A stretch of DNA of 64,000 nt from Calditrichia bacterium. GTDB lineage: Bacteria > Calditrichota > Calditrichia > JAJRVZ01. Positions 21,596-33,599 of the stretch are shown here, in pieces. The notes under the pieces were generated by a model. It did not search any database and was not told where the DNA came from. It saw nothing but the letters and a program-made list of their open reading frames with translations. The position numbers and the translations under genes are program-made. Numbering within the stretch: position 1 is the first letter of the stretch; every line of letters starts with the position of its first letter. Location: contig CAWCNS010000004.1 of the NCBI GenBank assembly GCA_963796965.1, positions 928,001 through 992,000 of the forward strand. The letters are read 5' to 3'.

Positions 21596-23734
21596 ATGAA
21601 GCGTATTAATTTTTTATTTGGGATTCATAATCATCAACCGATAGGAAACTTTGACTTTGTGTTTGAAGAAACCTATCACAACGCCTATTTGCCATTTATT
21701 GAAGTATTAGAAAAATTTCCTTCGATCAAAATTACTATTCATTTTACCGGGATTCTGATAGATTGGTTAATTAATAATAGACCAGATCTAATTAACAAAA
21801 TAAAAAAGATGGTAAAACGCGGACAATTGGAAATTCTGACAGGTGGTTATTATGAGCCCATTTTAAGTGTCATCCCTGAACAGGATCGCATCGGACAGAT
21901 AGTCAAATTAAGTAATAAAATAAAAAAAGTGTTTGGCTATGATCCTGAAGGTCTATGGTTGGCTGAGCGCGTTTGGGAGCCTACCTTACCATCATCTCTT
22001 AGCAAGGCAGGAGTCAAATATTCAATATTAGATGACACCCATTTTAAATATGCCGGTTTAAAAGATGAGCAGTTAAATGGCTATTATACTACGGAGGATT
22101 TAGGTAAATCAACGGATTTATTTCCCATAAGTCGCAGGCTCCGATACGCGATTCCATTTGAAGAGCCACGGGTCACGATAGAATATCTTCGTTCATTGGC
22201 AACTGAAGATGGCAAGAATCTGGTGGTTTTTGCAGATGATGGTGAAAAATTTGGTGCCTGGCCCAATACATATGATCATGTTTATAAGACCAGGTGGTTG
22301 GAAAGGTTGTTTCAGGCATTAGTTGATAACAACTCCTGGATTAACATGATGCATTTTAATCAGGCGCGTGCGGTTACGAAATCAATTGGCAGAATTTACC
22401 TTCCAACTGCTTCTTATTCTGAGATGATGCAGTGGTCTTTATTTCCAGATGCTTTTAAATCTTATGCCGACTTTGAGCATTATTTGATGTCAAATGACAT
22501 ATATGAAGATGTACATGTATTTGTTAGAGGGGGATTTTGGCGAAATTTCATGGCCAAATATTCTGAGGTTGATGATATGCATAAGAAAATGCTCAGAATC
22601 AGTGATAAACTTTGGAATTTGCCTTTATCAAAACAGAAAAACTTAGAAGAAGCATTTGATCATCTTTGGGCCGGTCAGTGTAATTGTCCCTATTGGCATG
22701 GCGTTTTTGGTGGTTTGTATCTCAGTCATCTTCGGGATGCCATTTATCAGAATCTGATTCAGGCTGAATCAATTATTGAGAAAAAACTTGCTCAGCCTTT
22801 TCCGTCGTTAGAGATAAAAGATCTGAATCTGAATGGTAATTCAGAGGCTGTTGTTGCAACAAGATATTATAATGCACAAGTTAGTTTTGAAAGAGGTGGG
22901 AGTCTCACCGAACTGGATTATAAACCCGTTGCTAAAAATTTGTTAGATACCGTCATGCGTCGTCGGGAAGGGTATCATGATAAGTTAAAAGATGCTGTTG
23001 TGATTGGTGAAGCCTCCAATGGGGATGAAACAGCCAGTATTCATGACCTTGTCCAGGCAAAAGAACCAAATTTGATTACTCACTTACATTATGATTTTTA
23101 TGAACGTAAGTCATATCTGGACCATTTCCTGAGAAAAGATACAAACCTCAATGATTTCGCATCTGCTCAATATTCTGAAGATGGAGATTTCCTCGATCAT
23201 CCATTTGTGTTACTTAGAAAAAAAATAGGCAAAGATTCAATTCTCCTAACGATGCAACGCAATGGATCTGTCTGGAGCCATGGTAAAGCGGAGCCGGTTA
23301 CAGTAAATAAAAAAATCAGATTCCAGAATGAAGAATCGAAGATAATCGCAGAATATACACTTATTAATCATTCCAGGAAGGTGCTGGATCTCTGGTTTGG
23401 TGTTGAGTTTAACTTTGGCCTGCAGGCAGGTCATGCCGATGACAGGTTTTATTATAATAAAAGTGGTGCGCTAGAGGATAAATTTCTTGATTCTATCGGG
23501 AGTATTGAGAGCGATAATTTTATTGGGTTAGTCGATCAGTGGCGCAAATTAGACGTGCGCCTTCGCATGAGCAAAAAAAGTACAATTTGGAGATTTCCAA
23601 TCGAGACGATATCTCTTTCTGAAGGCGGATTCGAAAAAGTCTATCAGAGCTCTGTCGTTTTTCCCAACTGGAAGATTAAGCTTGAGGAGAAATGGCAGGT
23701 TAAAATTTCACAAGAGTTGGCGATGATTGATTAA
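21596..23734 (+). CDS. GH57 alpha-amylase/4-alpha-glucanotransferase
   Basis: HNHQPIGN, WLAERVWEP, DDGEKFG, YWHGVFGG. Confidence 0.9.
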   Translation: MKRINFLFGIHNHQPIGNFDFVFEETYHNAYLPFIEVLEKFPSIKITIHFTGILIDWLINNRPDLINKIKKMVKRGQLEILTGGYYEPILSVIPEQDRIGQIVKLSNKIKKVFGYDPEGLWLAERVWEPTLPSSLSKAGVKYSILDDTHFKYAGLKDEQLNGYYTTEDLGKSTDLFPISRRLRYAIPFEEPRVTIEYLRSLATEDGKNLVVFADDGEKFGAWPNTYDHVYKTRWLERLFQALVDNNSWINMMHFNQARAVTKSIGRIYLPTASYSEMMQWSLFPDAFKSYADFEHYLMSNDIYEDVHVFVRGGFWRNFMAKYSEVDDMHKKMLRISDKLWNLPLSKQKNLEEAFDHLWAGQCNCPYWHGVFGGLYLSHLRDAIYQNLIQAESIIEKKLAQPFPSLEIKDLNLNGNSEAVVATRYYNAQVSFERGGSLTELDYKPVAKNLLDTVMRRREGYHDKLKDAVVIGEASNGDETASIHDLVQAKEPNLITHLHYDFYERKSYLDHFLRKDTNLNDFASAQYSEDGDFLDHPFVLLRKKIGKDSILLTMQRNGSVWSHGKAEPVTVNKKIRFQNEESKIIAEYTLINHSRKVLDLWFGVEFNFGLQAGHADDRFYYNKSGALEDKFLDSIGSIESDNFIGLVDQWRKLDVRLRMSKKSTIWRFPIETISLSEGGFEKVYQSSVVFPNWKIKLEEKWQVKISQELAMID

Positions 23735-24049
23735 TAAATCTTGGCAAAGCTGCAAACAAACGGTATGATCTTTGTCATTCCATCCCGGAACGAGATCCCG
23801 TTTCGGGAAAGTAATCTCCCTGTCTGTCGTTAATGATACCTCAGGTAGGAAGATTCTTACAGTAAGATAAAAAGACTCTGTTGAAATAATACTACTCTTG
23901 TTAATAATAACATTATGACATTTAAGAGGCTAACGAGAATTTTAATATTTAGTTAGAGTCAATATGGTAAAATTGAATAAAAAATTCGTAAATTTGAATA
24001 GTGACTGATGGAAACAGCAGTTATTATCATTTGTAACAGGTGAATATTT

Positions 24050-25679
24050 ATGCGTAGAACAAATACAATCTTATTAATAATTAGTATCTTTCTGATCCTT
24101 TTTCTATTTGGTTCACGTTTTGGCAGAAGTTTTAAGAATATTTTTAATGATAGTAAAGAAGCAGAGAGTATTGAAAAATTTAATGAGATTATCAGTTATA
24201 TTTCTACATTTTATGTTGATGATGTGAATTGGGAGAATGCCATGATGGGAGCCATTGAAGGGCTTCTCTCTGAACTGGACCCCCATTCAGTCTATATCTC
24301 CTCAGAAGATGCAGAATTGAATGAAGAAAATTTCCAGGGAAGATATCAGGGCATTGGTATTCACTTTGATGTCATTGACGGTTATCTAACCGTCATTTCA
24401 CCAATTTCTGGCTCACCCTCAGACAAGATCGGTTTGCTTCCCGGAGACCGAATTGTCTCGATTAACGGTGAGTCTGCGATCAATATTGCCAGCAATGAGG
24501 TGTTTAAAAAATTAAAGGGTCCAAAGGGCTCCTCAGTAGATGTTATCATTACAAGGGTTGGAGTAAAAGAACCTTTACATTTTACTATTGTCCGCGACGA
24601 AATCCCCATTTCTGCCATCAATCAGCTATTTTATTACACCAGACAGTACGGCTTACATCTCGGTTAGTCGATTTGCTAAAATTACTGATGAAGAAGTCGA
24701 TGAAGCCCTTGAAGAATTGTCAGCACTTGGAATGAAAAAACTGATTCTCGACTTGCGTTGGAACGCCGGCGGTCTTCTTGACCAGGCTGTGAAATTAGCT
24801 TCAAAATTTGTAAAAGGTCATAAAAAGATTGTATATACAGAAGGTCGTATTTCCGAATTTGATGAGCAATTCTATACGGATTCTTTTGATAAGGAAAAAG
24901 TATATGATATTCCTCTTGTTCTTCTAATTAATCATGGTTCGGCCTCTGCATCAGAGATTGTTGCCGGGGCAATCCAGGATTATGATCGTGGTTTGATTGT
25001 GGGTACTACCAGTTTTGGAAAGGGATTGGTTCAAAGGGAATATTTATTAAATGATGACTCCAGGTTACGATTAACTATTTCCAAGTATTATACGCCCAGC
25101 GGTCGTCTTATACAACGTCCATACGAAGGAAAAGATGTCGATCAGTATTACTCTAGCATTTATGATTCAGTATTTAGCTCAGAAGAATCTGACACTCTTG
25201 AAGAAAAGCCTTTATATTATACAAACTCAGGTAGAAAGGTATATGGAGGTGGAGGTATTACCCCGGATGTACAGGTAACGTTTGAATCGAAAGACAAGGC
25301 TCCATCTCTTACCCAAAAGTTCTTTCAGAAAAGATTGTTTTTTGAAATAGCATCAAAATATGCAAATAAGCATAGTTACTTAAAAAACTCGTTTCAATCT
25401 TTTCTGGATTCGTTCCAGGTTAGCAGGGGATTATTAAATGAACTGAAAGAATTGGCGATAAAAAAAGAGATTGATTTTAGTGATTCAGAATTCAATCAAA
25501 ATGATGAATATTTCAGATCAAGGTTAAAATCTGAGATTGCACGCAGTCTTTGGGGAACCGAAAGGTATTATCAGGTGTTATTAATATATGACAACCAATA
25601 TTTGGAAGCGCGAAAATTATTCCAGGAAATGGAGGACTTATTAATACCGAATCCGGAAAAAGATAGTGTAACTAATTGA
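24050..25679 (+). CDS. S41 carboxy-terminal processing protease (frameshift near 24620)
   Basis: LDPHS, PDZ domain, DLRWNAGG, SASASEI, FGKGLVQ, GGGITPD. Confidence 0.9.
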
Positions 25680-25779
25680 AAAAACGTCTCTTATGCTAAC
25701 TACATTATTAATTATGATCGGGACTTAAATTTTCGTAAATTCATAAAAGGGAAATAAAATTTATACCAAAAAAAATGAA

Positions 25780-25808
25780 TTGACTTTTTTAGGTAAAAAT
25801 CTTATTAT
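25780..25808 (+). promoter_or_regulatory. Putative sigma70 promoter of exbBD-tonB
   Basis: TTGACT-17 bp-TATTAT. Confidence 0.55.
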
Positions 25809-25893
25809 AACAACCGTATTTAACTGGAACTCCTCGAGTTTGTTAACAACTTAATTTCATTTTATTTATATACTTTTTGGAGGATGAAGACTC

Positions 25894-26509
25894 ATGGTAA
25901 AATTGTTTCTTGATGGTGGAGAATTTATGTGGCCAATTTTGGGCCTCCTAATCGTAGGTCTCGCATTTGTAGTAGAGCGATTCTGGACCCTAACCCGTGC
26001 CTCAGTAAATACCCGAAAATTTCTTGGTAGAATTCGTGTTGCTCTCGAAGAAGGTGGCGTAAAATCAGCTGACGGAAGAATGTGAAAAAACGCCAGGTCC
26101 TGTTGCCTCTATCTTTCATGCTGGTCTGAGCCGTGCGAACAAAGGAATTGCTTATGTAGAAAAAGCAATTACGACTGCTGGTTCTCTGGAAATGGCTTTC
26201 CTGGAAAGAGGAATGGTTGTATTGAGTACAGTCATCGTTTTGGCGCCGATGCTTGGATTTACAGGAACGGTTTGGGGAATGGTTGGTGCTTTTGACTCGA
26301 TTAAAAAAGCCAATGATATTTCACCCGCGATCGTTGCCGGTGGTATTTCACAGGCACTTCTTACAACACTTTTTGGTCTTATCGTTGCTATGATTATCCA
26401 GGTATTTAATAATTATTTTACTTCGAGAATTGATAAATTGATCATTGATATGGAAGAAAGTTCGGTTGAGTTAATTGAGGCATTGGCTGATTTAGAAGAC
26501 AATAAATAA
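25894..26509 (+). CDS. exbB: MotA/TolQ/ExbB proton channel (frameshift near 26075)
   Basis: GGEFMWPI; APMLGFTGTVWGM; GISQALLTTLFGL. Confidence 0.88.
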
Positions 26510-26541
26510 ATAATTGATCAATAATTTATCAAGGTGAAGTT

Positions 26542-26949
26542 ATGTTATTGGGTAAAAGAAAAAAGATTGATCAGGAAATACCGACATCTGCCTTGCCGGA
26601 CATTATATTTTTATTGCTGATTTTCTTCCTCGTGACGACAACAATTGATGCTGAAAAAGGTCTCGATCTCGTTTTACCACCAGCACAGTCTGAAGAATTA
26701 AAAATGGCAAAAGAGAATATTGCTAATCTTCTTGTAAATGCTGTTGGTAGCGTGGCTATTGACGGACAAATTGTTGAAGTTCGCGACATTACGAGAATTA
26801 TCAAAGAAAGACTACAAGCCAATCCTTTGCTTGTTGTATCAGTTAAAACAGATAAGCAAACCCAATATGATATTTATTTGGATGTAATTGATAAACTTAA
26901 AAAGGCTGAGGCAACGCGAATTTCTTTGGCAGAACCTGAAGAAAATTAA
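26542..26949 (+). CDS. exbD: Biopolymer transporter ExbD
   Basis: LPDIIFLLLIFFLVTT. Confidence 0.88.
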   Translation: MLLGKRKKIDQEIPTSALPDIIFLLLIFFLVTTTIDAEKGLDLVLPPAQSEELKMAKENIANLLVNAVGSVAIDGQIVEVRDITRIIKERLQANPLLVVSVKTDKQTQYDIYLDVIDKLKKAEATRISLAEPEEN

Positions 26950-26968
26950 AGCACAAGGATGAATTGAA

Positions 26969-27385
26969 ATGCAACTTGAACGTAAAAATAAAATATCGAC
27001 TGCAATTCCCAGCGCATCCCTGCCTGATATTATATTTATGCTGTTGATCTTCTTTATGGTGGCGACTGTCTTTAAACAATTCGCAGGATTGAAGGTAAGT
27101 CTCCCTGATGCTGAAATGGTAAAAAAGATTCCTGGATCGAAACGTCATATCGTAACGATCTGGATTGACCGTAATAATCAGGTTGTCTGTGATGATTACA
27201 AAGTTTCCAAAATTTCTAATTTACGAAACGTACTCTACGAAAAGCGGGTTGCAGATCCTCAGATGATTGTTGCTATGAAGATTGATAGAGAATCTACAAT
27301 GGCCATGGTAAATGATGTGCAACAGGAAATGCGTAAAGCAGATGCTCTAAGACTTAATTATTCTGCTATCCCAGGGGTATTTTAA
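26969..27385 (+). CDS. exbD: Biopolymer transporter ExbD (second paralog)
   Basis: LPDIIFMLLIFFMVAT. Confidence 0.88.
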   Translation: MQLERKNKISTAIPSASLPDIIFMLLIFFMVATVFKQFAGLKVSLPDAEMVKKIPGSKRHIVTIWIDRNNQVVCDDYKVSKISNLRNVLYEKRVADPQMIVAMKIDRESTMAMVNDVQQEMRKADALRLNYSAIPGVF

Positions 27386-27386
27386 T

Positions 27387-28019
27387 ATGGCACAATTAAG
27401 AAAGAAGGATCCTAAAGCGGATCTCGTTGGTAAGTATCGGAAAACATTGGAAGCGAGTACAATCATTGCCATGATTGTGATGATTGGAACTTTTTATGCT
27501 TTCAAAAAATTTGAGGTTGGTACTAAACTGCCTACGAGCGTGGATATTAAGATTGAAGTTATTGATATCCCACCAACAGAGCAAATTCAACGTCCACCAC
27601 CCCCATCCAGACCTTCAATTCCTATCGAAGCAGACGATGATGAAATGCTTGATGATGTGACGATTGAGGAAACAGAGGTTGTTTTTGAAGCAAGAGATGA
27701 AGCGCCACCACCTCCTCCCGAAGAAGATGATGAGGTCTATGAGTTTTTTGCCGTGTCGGAAAAGCCTAAACTTATTAATAAGGCTGTACCGGATTATCCT
27801 GATTTAGCGCGTAAAGCACAAATCGAGGGTAAGGTTGTTATTACTGTAACGATCGACAAAAAGGGTAATGTGGAGAATGCAAATGTCTTTAAATCTGTAC
27901 CGATGCTGGATGAGGCAGCAGTTGCTGCGGCAATGCAATGTAGATTTAAACCAGCAAAACAAAGAGATAAATTTGTTAAAGTTAAAATGAATATCCCCTT
28001 CGATTTCAAACTCCGTTGA
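27387..28019 (+). CDS. tonB: Energy transducer TonB
   Basis: N-terminal TM helix, Pro-rich linker, PDYPDLARKAQIEGKV...FKPA C-domain. Confidence 0.9.
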   Translation: MAQLRKKDPKADLVGKYRKTLEASTIIAMIVMIGTFYAFKKFEVGTKLPTSVDIKIEVIDIPPTEQIQRPPPPSRPSIPIEADDDEMLDDVTIEETEVVFEARDEAPPPPPEEDDEVYEFFAVSEKPKLINKAVPDYPDLARKAQIEGKVVITVTIDKKGNVENANVFKSVPMLDEAAVAAAMQCRFKPAKQRDKFVKVKMNIPFDFKLR

Positions 28020-28041
28020 GAGGATATTACCTAACCATTTT

Positions 28042-28082
28042 AAGGCAGGATGACATATATATGACATCTTGCCTTTTTTTTT
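28042..28082 (+). terminator. Rho-independent terminator after tonB
   Basis: AAGGCAGGATG/CATCTTGCCTT stem followed by T-run. Confidence 0.75.
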
Positions 28083-28406
28083 ATCTGATTTCATATAAGA
28101 AAAAATCAAGAATATCAGGTAAATAATGAAACTTCGAGTTTTAAAAATTGATGCAAATTAATTTTACCGCATTTTAGCAATGGATACGCAAAATGAGCAG
28201 GATTGAAATTGTTAATTTCATTCAAAGATCGCTTTTAGTATCTTTTCCTTTATTGTTGAAAAGGATGTACCTTCCTTAAAGAAGTTCAATTTTTGAAATT
28301 AATTTAGTTTTTTGCGAACTTTGCACCTCCGTTGCGTCCTTGCGGTTAAACCACTTGATTTTTGTCGCAAATTTATTATGATAAAACAAATAAAATAATC
28401 CTAATA

Positions 28407-29376
28407 ATGGAAAACAGAATGAAGAATCGAATTGGAATTGGTATAGATCTGGGCGGAACATTTATTAAATATGCCTTAGGCAGGGAAAATGGAGAAATTT
28501 TAGCTGAAGGTAAAAAACGAACCACAACTGATGGGTCAAATGAAGTAATACTAAATGAGATAGCTGATGCTATTTCTGAAATGATTCAATTGGCGAAAAA
28601 AAAACGCCTTAAACCTTCAGTAATTGGTATTGGCACACCTGGTTGTGTTGATGTTAATGAGGGATTCTTAAAAGGTGGAACACCAAATTTTAGATATTGG
28701 AGTCAGGTACCCATTGCGGCAGAAATAATGAAAAGATCTAAGATAAAAACATTTGTAGACAATGATGCAAATCTTATGGCACTTGCTGAATCCCGGTTTG
28801 GAGCCGGCAGGGGGTATAGATAATTTGATTTGCCTTACCATCGGGACCGGGATAGGTGGGGGAATAATAATAAATAAGGAAATTTATCGGGGAAGCCAGT
28901 TTGCAGGAGCAGAGCTGGGACATATGTCGATTAAACATAATGGTATCGCCTGCCCCTGTGGTGGAAGAGGATGTCTTGAGCGTTATGCATCAGCAACGGC
29001 TATTTGTGATTACTATTTAAAATTGTCAAAAAAAGAGGGCATTCTAATAAGTAAAGATGATATAACTGTAAAAAGAATTTTTGAATTGCTAAAAAAAGGG
29101 GACGAACGGGCAGAAGAAACGATCGCGAAAGCGACCTATTATTTAGGGATGGGAATTGCCAATTTTATTAATATCTTTAATCCTGACCGGGTTATAATTG
29201 GCGGAGGTGTAGCTGGCGCAGGCAATATATATATCAAAAGGATTGAAAAAGTAGCAAATCAATATGCTATGCCCAATGCTAAAAAAGGCTTAAAAATTGT
29301 TAAAGCAAAATTAGGGAATAATGCCGGCTATTTAGGCGCATTGGCCTTTGCCTTTAACCAGTTGGATAAGCACTAA
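28407..29376 (+). CDS. ROK-family sugar kinase, glucokinase-like (frameshift near 28815)
   Basis: GIDLGGT, DNDAN, GTGIGGG, ELGH, CPCGGRGCLE. Confidence 0.9.
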
Positions 29377-29512
29377 ATTTTTACTCAGAAGCAAGAATAG
29401 TACTGCTGTAAGTTCAGTGCTGCGAAGATTATACCCGGTACGATGCTTTCGCTGCTCCGATAATGGTTTTCAATATTTGTGAAACTTGATTTATCAAGCG
29501 ATAAACTAAATA

Positions 29513-29594
29513 TAGACTTGACAAGCATATACGAGGGACACAACTTTCAGTCCCGAGTACCCAGTACCCAGTACCCAGTACCCAGTACCCAGTA
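29513..29594. repeat. Heptamer element copy 2: TTGAC-N14-GACACAACTTTC core, AGTCCCG + (AGTACCC)x5
   Basis: Core at 29518-29548; array at 29549-29594, ending 7 bp before the next ATG. Confidence 0.85.
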
Positions 29595-29601
29595 GAGTAT
29601 C

Positions 29602-30498
29602 ATGAAATATCTCTTTATCATAAATCCAAAAGCCGGAAGAAAAAATAACGCCATGGATCTAACCGATGCAATCGATCGGCACATGGGTGCTAGTGGGTAT
29701 TCTTATGAATTTGCTTTTACAACCGCGGCCAGTGATGCAACCCGTATTACGAGAAATGCTGTAGATGAAAAGTTTGATATTGTTGTCGCTGTTGGCGGAG
29801 ACGGTACCGTTAATGAGGTGGGGTCTGGTTTGATAAGGACAGAAACAGCACTTGGAATTATTCCATTGGGTTCTGGTAATGGTGTTGCCCGAAGTTTAAA
29901 TATTCCACAGACACTTGCCGATGCCCTTGACCTATTGTTAACACAATCGATATTAGAAATAGATGTTGGAACCTTGAATGGAGAATATTTTATCGGGATT
30001 GCCGGGACCGGGTATGATGCTCTGATCGGAAATAAATTTCAAACATTTGGAGCCCGTGGTCCTCTTCCTTATTTTTTTATCAGTCTTCGCGAGTATTTAA
30101 AATACCAGTGTCATTATTATAAACTATGCTTCAATGATGAGTTGTTTCGTATTGAAGCCCTTATGGTTACATTTGCGAATACAAGAGAATATGGAAATGG
30201 GGCAGTGATTGCACCAAATGCCGATCCCCAAGATGGATTTATTGATATCTGTATGATAACCCCGCAAAATATCTGGGGTGCCATCAGAGCCTCAGTAATG
30301 CTATTTAATAACACCATAGATAAACATCCTGGATTTGTTACAAAAAAATGTCGCTCTTTAAGCGTAGAGGCAGAAGGAGAAGAAATGTATGTGCACAGGG
30401 ACGGAGAACCGGATGAGAGGAAAATAATATTAAATGTAGGAATTTTACCTAAAGCCTTACGGGTTTGTTCACCATTGGGTAAAAGAGGTATTACCTAA
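29602..30498 (+). CDS. YegS/DAGK-family lipid kinase
   Basis: IINPKAG, GGDGTVNEV, PLGSGN, DGE. Confidence 0.9.
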   Translation: MKYLFIINPKAGRKNNAMDLTDAIDRHMGASGYSYEFAFTTAASDATRITRNAVDEKFDIVVAVGGDGTVNEVGSGLIRTETALGIIPLGSGNGVARSLNIPQTLADALDLLLTQSILEIDVGTLNGEYFIGIAGTGYDALIGNKFQTFGARGPLPYFFISLREYLKYQCHYYKLCFNDELFRIEALMVTFANTREYGNGAVIAPNADPQDGFIDICMITPQNIWGAIRASVMLFNNTIDKHPGFVTKKCRSLSVEAEGEEMYVHRDGEPDERKIILNVGILPKALRVCSPLGKRGIT

Positions 30499-30669
30499 CG
30501 GCAACGATGCAAAGGTTCTGCTAAGAACGCAAGGTGAAATTTGAGATCCACGATATTAAGACAACTGAGTTTAAATTCAATTTTAAAACTTTGCAAACCT
30601 TGTGCCTTCTTTACCTCCTTGCGGTAAATAGTCTTTTATATTAAACATCTGATTTAGGAAATATCAGCT

Positions 30670-31830
30670 ATGAAGAACGTGTACGATATTGGAAATGAAA
30701 TAGAATTGATTTATGGCAATCTCCTTTCCGGATTTGCCACCCAAAATCACGCCGCAAAACGTAAGTTCGCAGAGAAGGCCAGCAGATTTCGACCACCATT
30801 TGCTTTAGACCGTGACCGGATTATATATAGCGGCGCTTTTCGGAGATATACAGGAAAAACTCAGGTAGTATATTTTGCATCAATGCTGGATGAGCAGCTT
30901 ACCAGCAGGTCTATACATACACTTAGTGTAGCACAAGTTGCACGTACGATAGGCCGCCTGTTAAATCTTAATCTTGATCTTATCGAGGCGATTGCTCTTG
31001 GGCATGATCTTGGCCATCCACCCTTTGGTCATGATGGTGAGAAATATTTAAGTGAGGTAAGTGTTGAATATGGATTAGGGCAATTTCACCATAATATTCA
31101 AAGTTTAAGGGTGGTTGATGTTATATCAAAAAGGGGAGAGGGGTTAAACCTAACTTTTCAGGTACGTGAAGGTCTTTTATCACATGACGGGGAGGTACAT
31201 GACCAAATCCTCAAACCACAACCCCATAAAAATGAGAATGATCTGGAAGAGTTTGTGAGTGCCAAAGAATCAGGTACTAATATTTCAATGATGCCCATGA
31301 CCCTGGAGGGTTGTGTCGTGAGAATTACAGACACTATTGCCTATATCGGTCAGGATATTGAAGATGCCATCCGAATTGGATTGATTCAAAGGGAAGATCT
31401 TCCGTCTGAATGTGCAGAGGTACTTGGTAATGATAATGGTAAAATTATGGAAACGTTGGTGCGTGATGTGGTAGAAAACAGCTATGACAAAGGATTTGTT
31501 TGTTTTAGCAAAGAGATTTCTCACGCTTTAGAACAATTAAAAGAATTTAATTATGCGGCAATTTACAGGAGTAAAAAACTAAAAATTAATCATGATAGAA
31601 TTGCCAGAGGATTTAGACTCTTATTTGAAGGTTTTCACGAGGATATAAAAAGGAAAAATGAAAAAAGCATTATATATGTGGATTTTCTGAATACAAAGAC
31701 TTCAGATTATTTAAATAAAACACCCGCAGCATTACTCGTTAGAGATTATATTGCAGGCATGACAGATCGCTATTTTGTGGAAATTTTAAAACGCGTCATC
31801 GTGCCCGATATAACCCTTGGAGAAGTTTAA
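30670..31830 (+). CDS. HD-domain dNTP triphosphohydrolase (Dgt-like)
   Basis: DRDRII, KTQV, GHDLGHPPFGH, DYIAGMTD. Confidence 0.85.
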   Translation: MKNVYDIGNEIELIYGNLLSGFATQNHAAKRKFAEKASRFRPPFALDRDRIIYSGAFRRYTGKTQVVYFASMLDEQLTSRSIHTLSVAQVARTIGRLLNLNLDLIEAIALGHDLGHPPFGHDGEKYLSEVSVEYGLGQFHHNIQSLRVVDVISKRGEGLNLTFQVREGLLSHDGEVHDQILKPQPHKNENDLEEFVSAKESGTNISMMPMTLEGCVVRITDTIAYIGQDIEDAIRIGLIQREDLPSECAEVLGNDNGKIMETLVRDVVENSYDKGFVCFSKEISHALEQLKEFNYAAIYRSKKLKINHDRIARGFRLLFEGFHEDIKRKNEKSIIYVDFLNTKTSDYLNKTPAALLVRDYIAGMTDRYFVEILKRVIVPDITLGEV

Positions 31831-32120
31831 GCCCAGGAACTGGGTCCTTGCAATTTGCTGCATTGTGGTTCTATATCACATTGTTGTTTTAGCATGACTT
31901 CATCAAAATTGTTAAGAATTTTTTACCGCAAAAGAGAAAATCCTGAAAAATATGTATCCACCCAGTCGACATAACGAGATATAACCATCTGTGATTTCAG
32001 AAGCGCAAGGTATGCAAAGGAAAATAATAAATAATATCAGTCGGGAAACCAATCTGGTTGCCGGTTAACAAAATACAAAAAGAGTAACAATCGCTTAATT
32101 GAAAATATGATAATAGTTTT

Positions 32121-32294
32121 AATGCCCCAAAGGGGCAATAGCAAAAGCATAGGGCAACGCCCTATGTAAAAAAAACATATCATAAATTAGCCCTGAAAGG
32201 GCGAAAGCGAAAGTGTTCTTTTGTATCAAAAGTATATGTACATATAATATTTAGTACCAAAAACCGACAAAACCTTATTGATAATAGAATTTAA
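32121..32294 (+). mobile_element. Truncated IS200/IS605-type element: hairpin end plus TnpA N-terminal remnant
   Basis: GCCCCAAAGGGGC, CATAGGGCAACGCCCTATG and GCCCTGAAAGGGC hairpins; 32226-32291 reads SKVYVHIIFSTKNRQNLIDNRI. Confidence 0.7.
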
Positions 32295-32344
32295 AAGTCA
32301 CTATATGAATAGATCAGGCTAGTACATTAACTTGAGGGAAAAAT

Positions 32345-33586
32345 ATGAAACCACCAGAAATTGATACGCTATTAAAAAAAATATCTGAATTAGAGGATGA
32401 GGGTGTCGGATTAATGAAGGAGTTGATTGCGATTAATGCCGTAGGTCCTGTGAATGATGGACCGGGAGAGACAGAGATCGCCTCTTTCTTAAATTCATAT
32501 TTAGAGAGAACAAAGTTTTCCAATATTAAAAATTATCCTTCACCTGATAGTAGAATGAAGAACGGAGAGCGTCCAAATATCGTTACCCTCATCGAAGGGC
32601 ATAATTCCGATAAAACGCTCTGGATTTTATCCCATACTGATATCGTTCCAGCGGGAGATCTTTCCAAATGGGATACAGATCCTTTTACACCTGTGATTAA
32701 AGATGGTAAAATATTTGGACGGGGAAGCGAAGATAATCACCAGGGGAGTGTGTCCTCAATTATTATGGCGCGGGCTTTTTTGGAGACAGGTATTAAACCT
32801 TCCATCAATATAGGATTAATTTTTATGGCTGATGAAGAAACGGGGAGTGACCATGGTCTCACCTATTTAATAGAAAACCATGGTGAATTATTTAAAAAGA
32901 ATGACCTGTTTATTATTCCCGATGCGGGCGAACCGGATTCCACCATGATTGAAGTTGCAGAAAAGTCCATATTATGGATAAAGTTTAAGACTATCGGTCA
33001 TCAGGTTCATGCAAGCACACCGGAACAAGGAATAAATGCTTTTCGGGCTGCATCGAATCTTGTCGTTAAGCTTGATTCATTGCATCAGGTCTATAATGCC
33101 GGGGATGATGTATTCGCACCTCCCACATCAACATTTGAACCTACAAAAAAGGAATCCAATGTTCCCAATGTAAATACAATTCCTGGCGATGATGTTTTTT
33201 ATCTTGATTGCCGTATTTTACCGGATTACGATATAGACGAGGTATTAAATACCATTCGCAAGATGGCAGATGAGATTGAGGCATCTCATCAGGTGAAAAT
33301 CGAGATCAGTATGGAGCAAAAAGAACAGGCCGCCCCGGCAACACCAGTTTCTGCACCGATCGTGACATTATTGTCTCAGGCAATCAAGGAAATTTATGGC
33401 GTCGAGGCTAAACCTCAGGGTATAGGCGGGGGAACGGTTGCGGCGATTTTCCGGCGAAAGGGTTATCCGGTAGCTGTTTGGTCAACTCTGGATGATCTGG
33501 CACATCAACCCAATGAATATTGCAAGATCTCTAATATGATAAATGATGCGAAGGTCTTTGCCATTTGTGCACTGAGTGAGTCGTAG
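32345..33586 (+). CDS. M20 metallohydrolase (ArgE/DapE-like)
   Basis: SHTDIVP, GRGSEDN, DEETGS, GGGT, AHQPNEY. Confidence 0.88.
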   Translation: MKPPEIDTLLKKISELEDEGVGLMKELIAINAVGPVNDGPGETEIASFLNSYLERTKFSNIKNYPSPDSRMKNGERPNIVTLIEGHNSDKTLWILSHTDIVPAGDLSKWDTDPFTPVIKDGKIFGRGSEDNHQGSVSSIIMARAFLETGIKPSINIGLIFMADEETGSDHGLTYLIENHGELFKKNDLFIIPDAGEPDSTMIEVAEKSILWIKFKTIGHQVHASTPEQGINAFRAASNLVVKLDSLHQVYNAGDDVFAPPTSTFEPTKKESNVPNVNTIPGDDVFYLDCRILPDYDIDEVLNTIRKMADEIEASHQVKIEISMEQKEQAAPATPVSAPIVTLLSQAIKEIYGVEAKPQGIGGGTVAAIFRRKGYPVAVWSTLDDLAHQPNEYCKISNMINDAKVFAICALSES

Positions 33587-33599
33587 GGGAATATCTTAC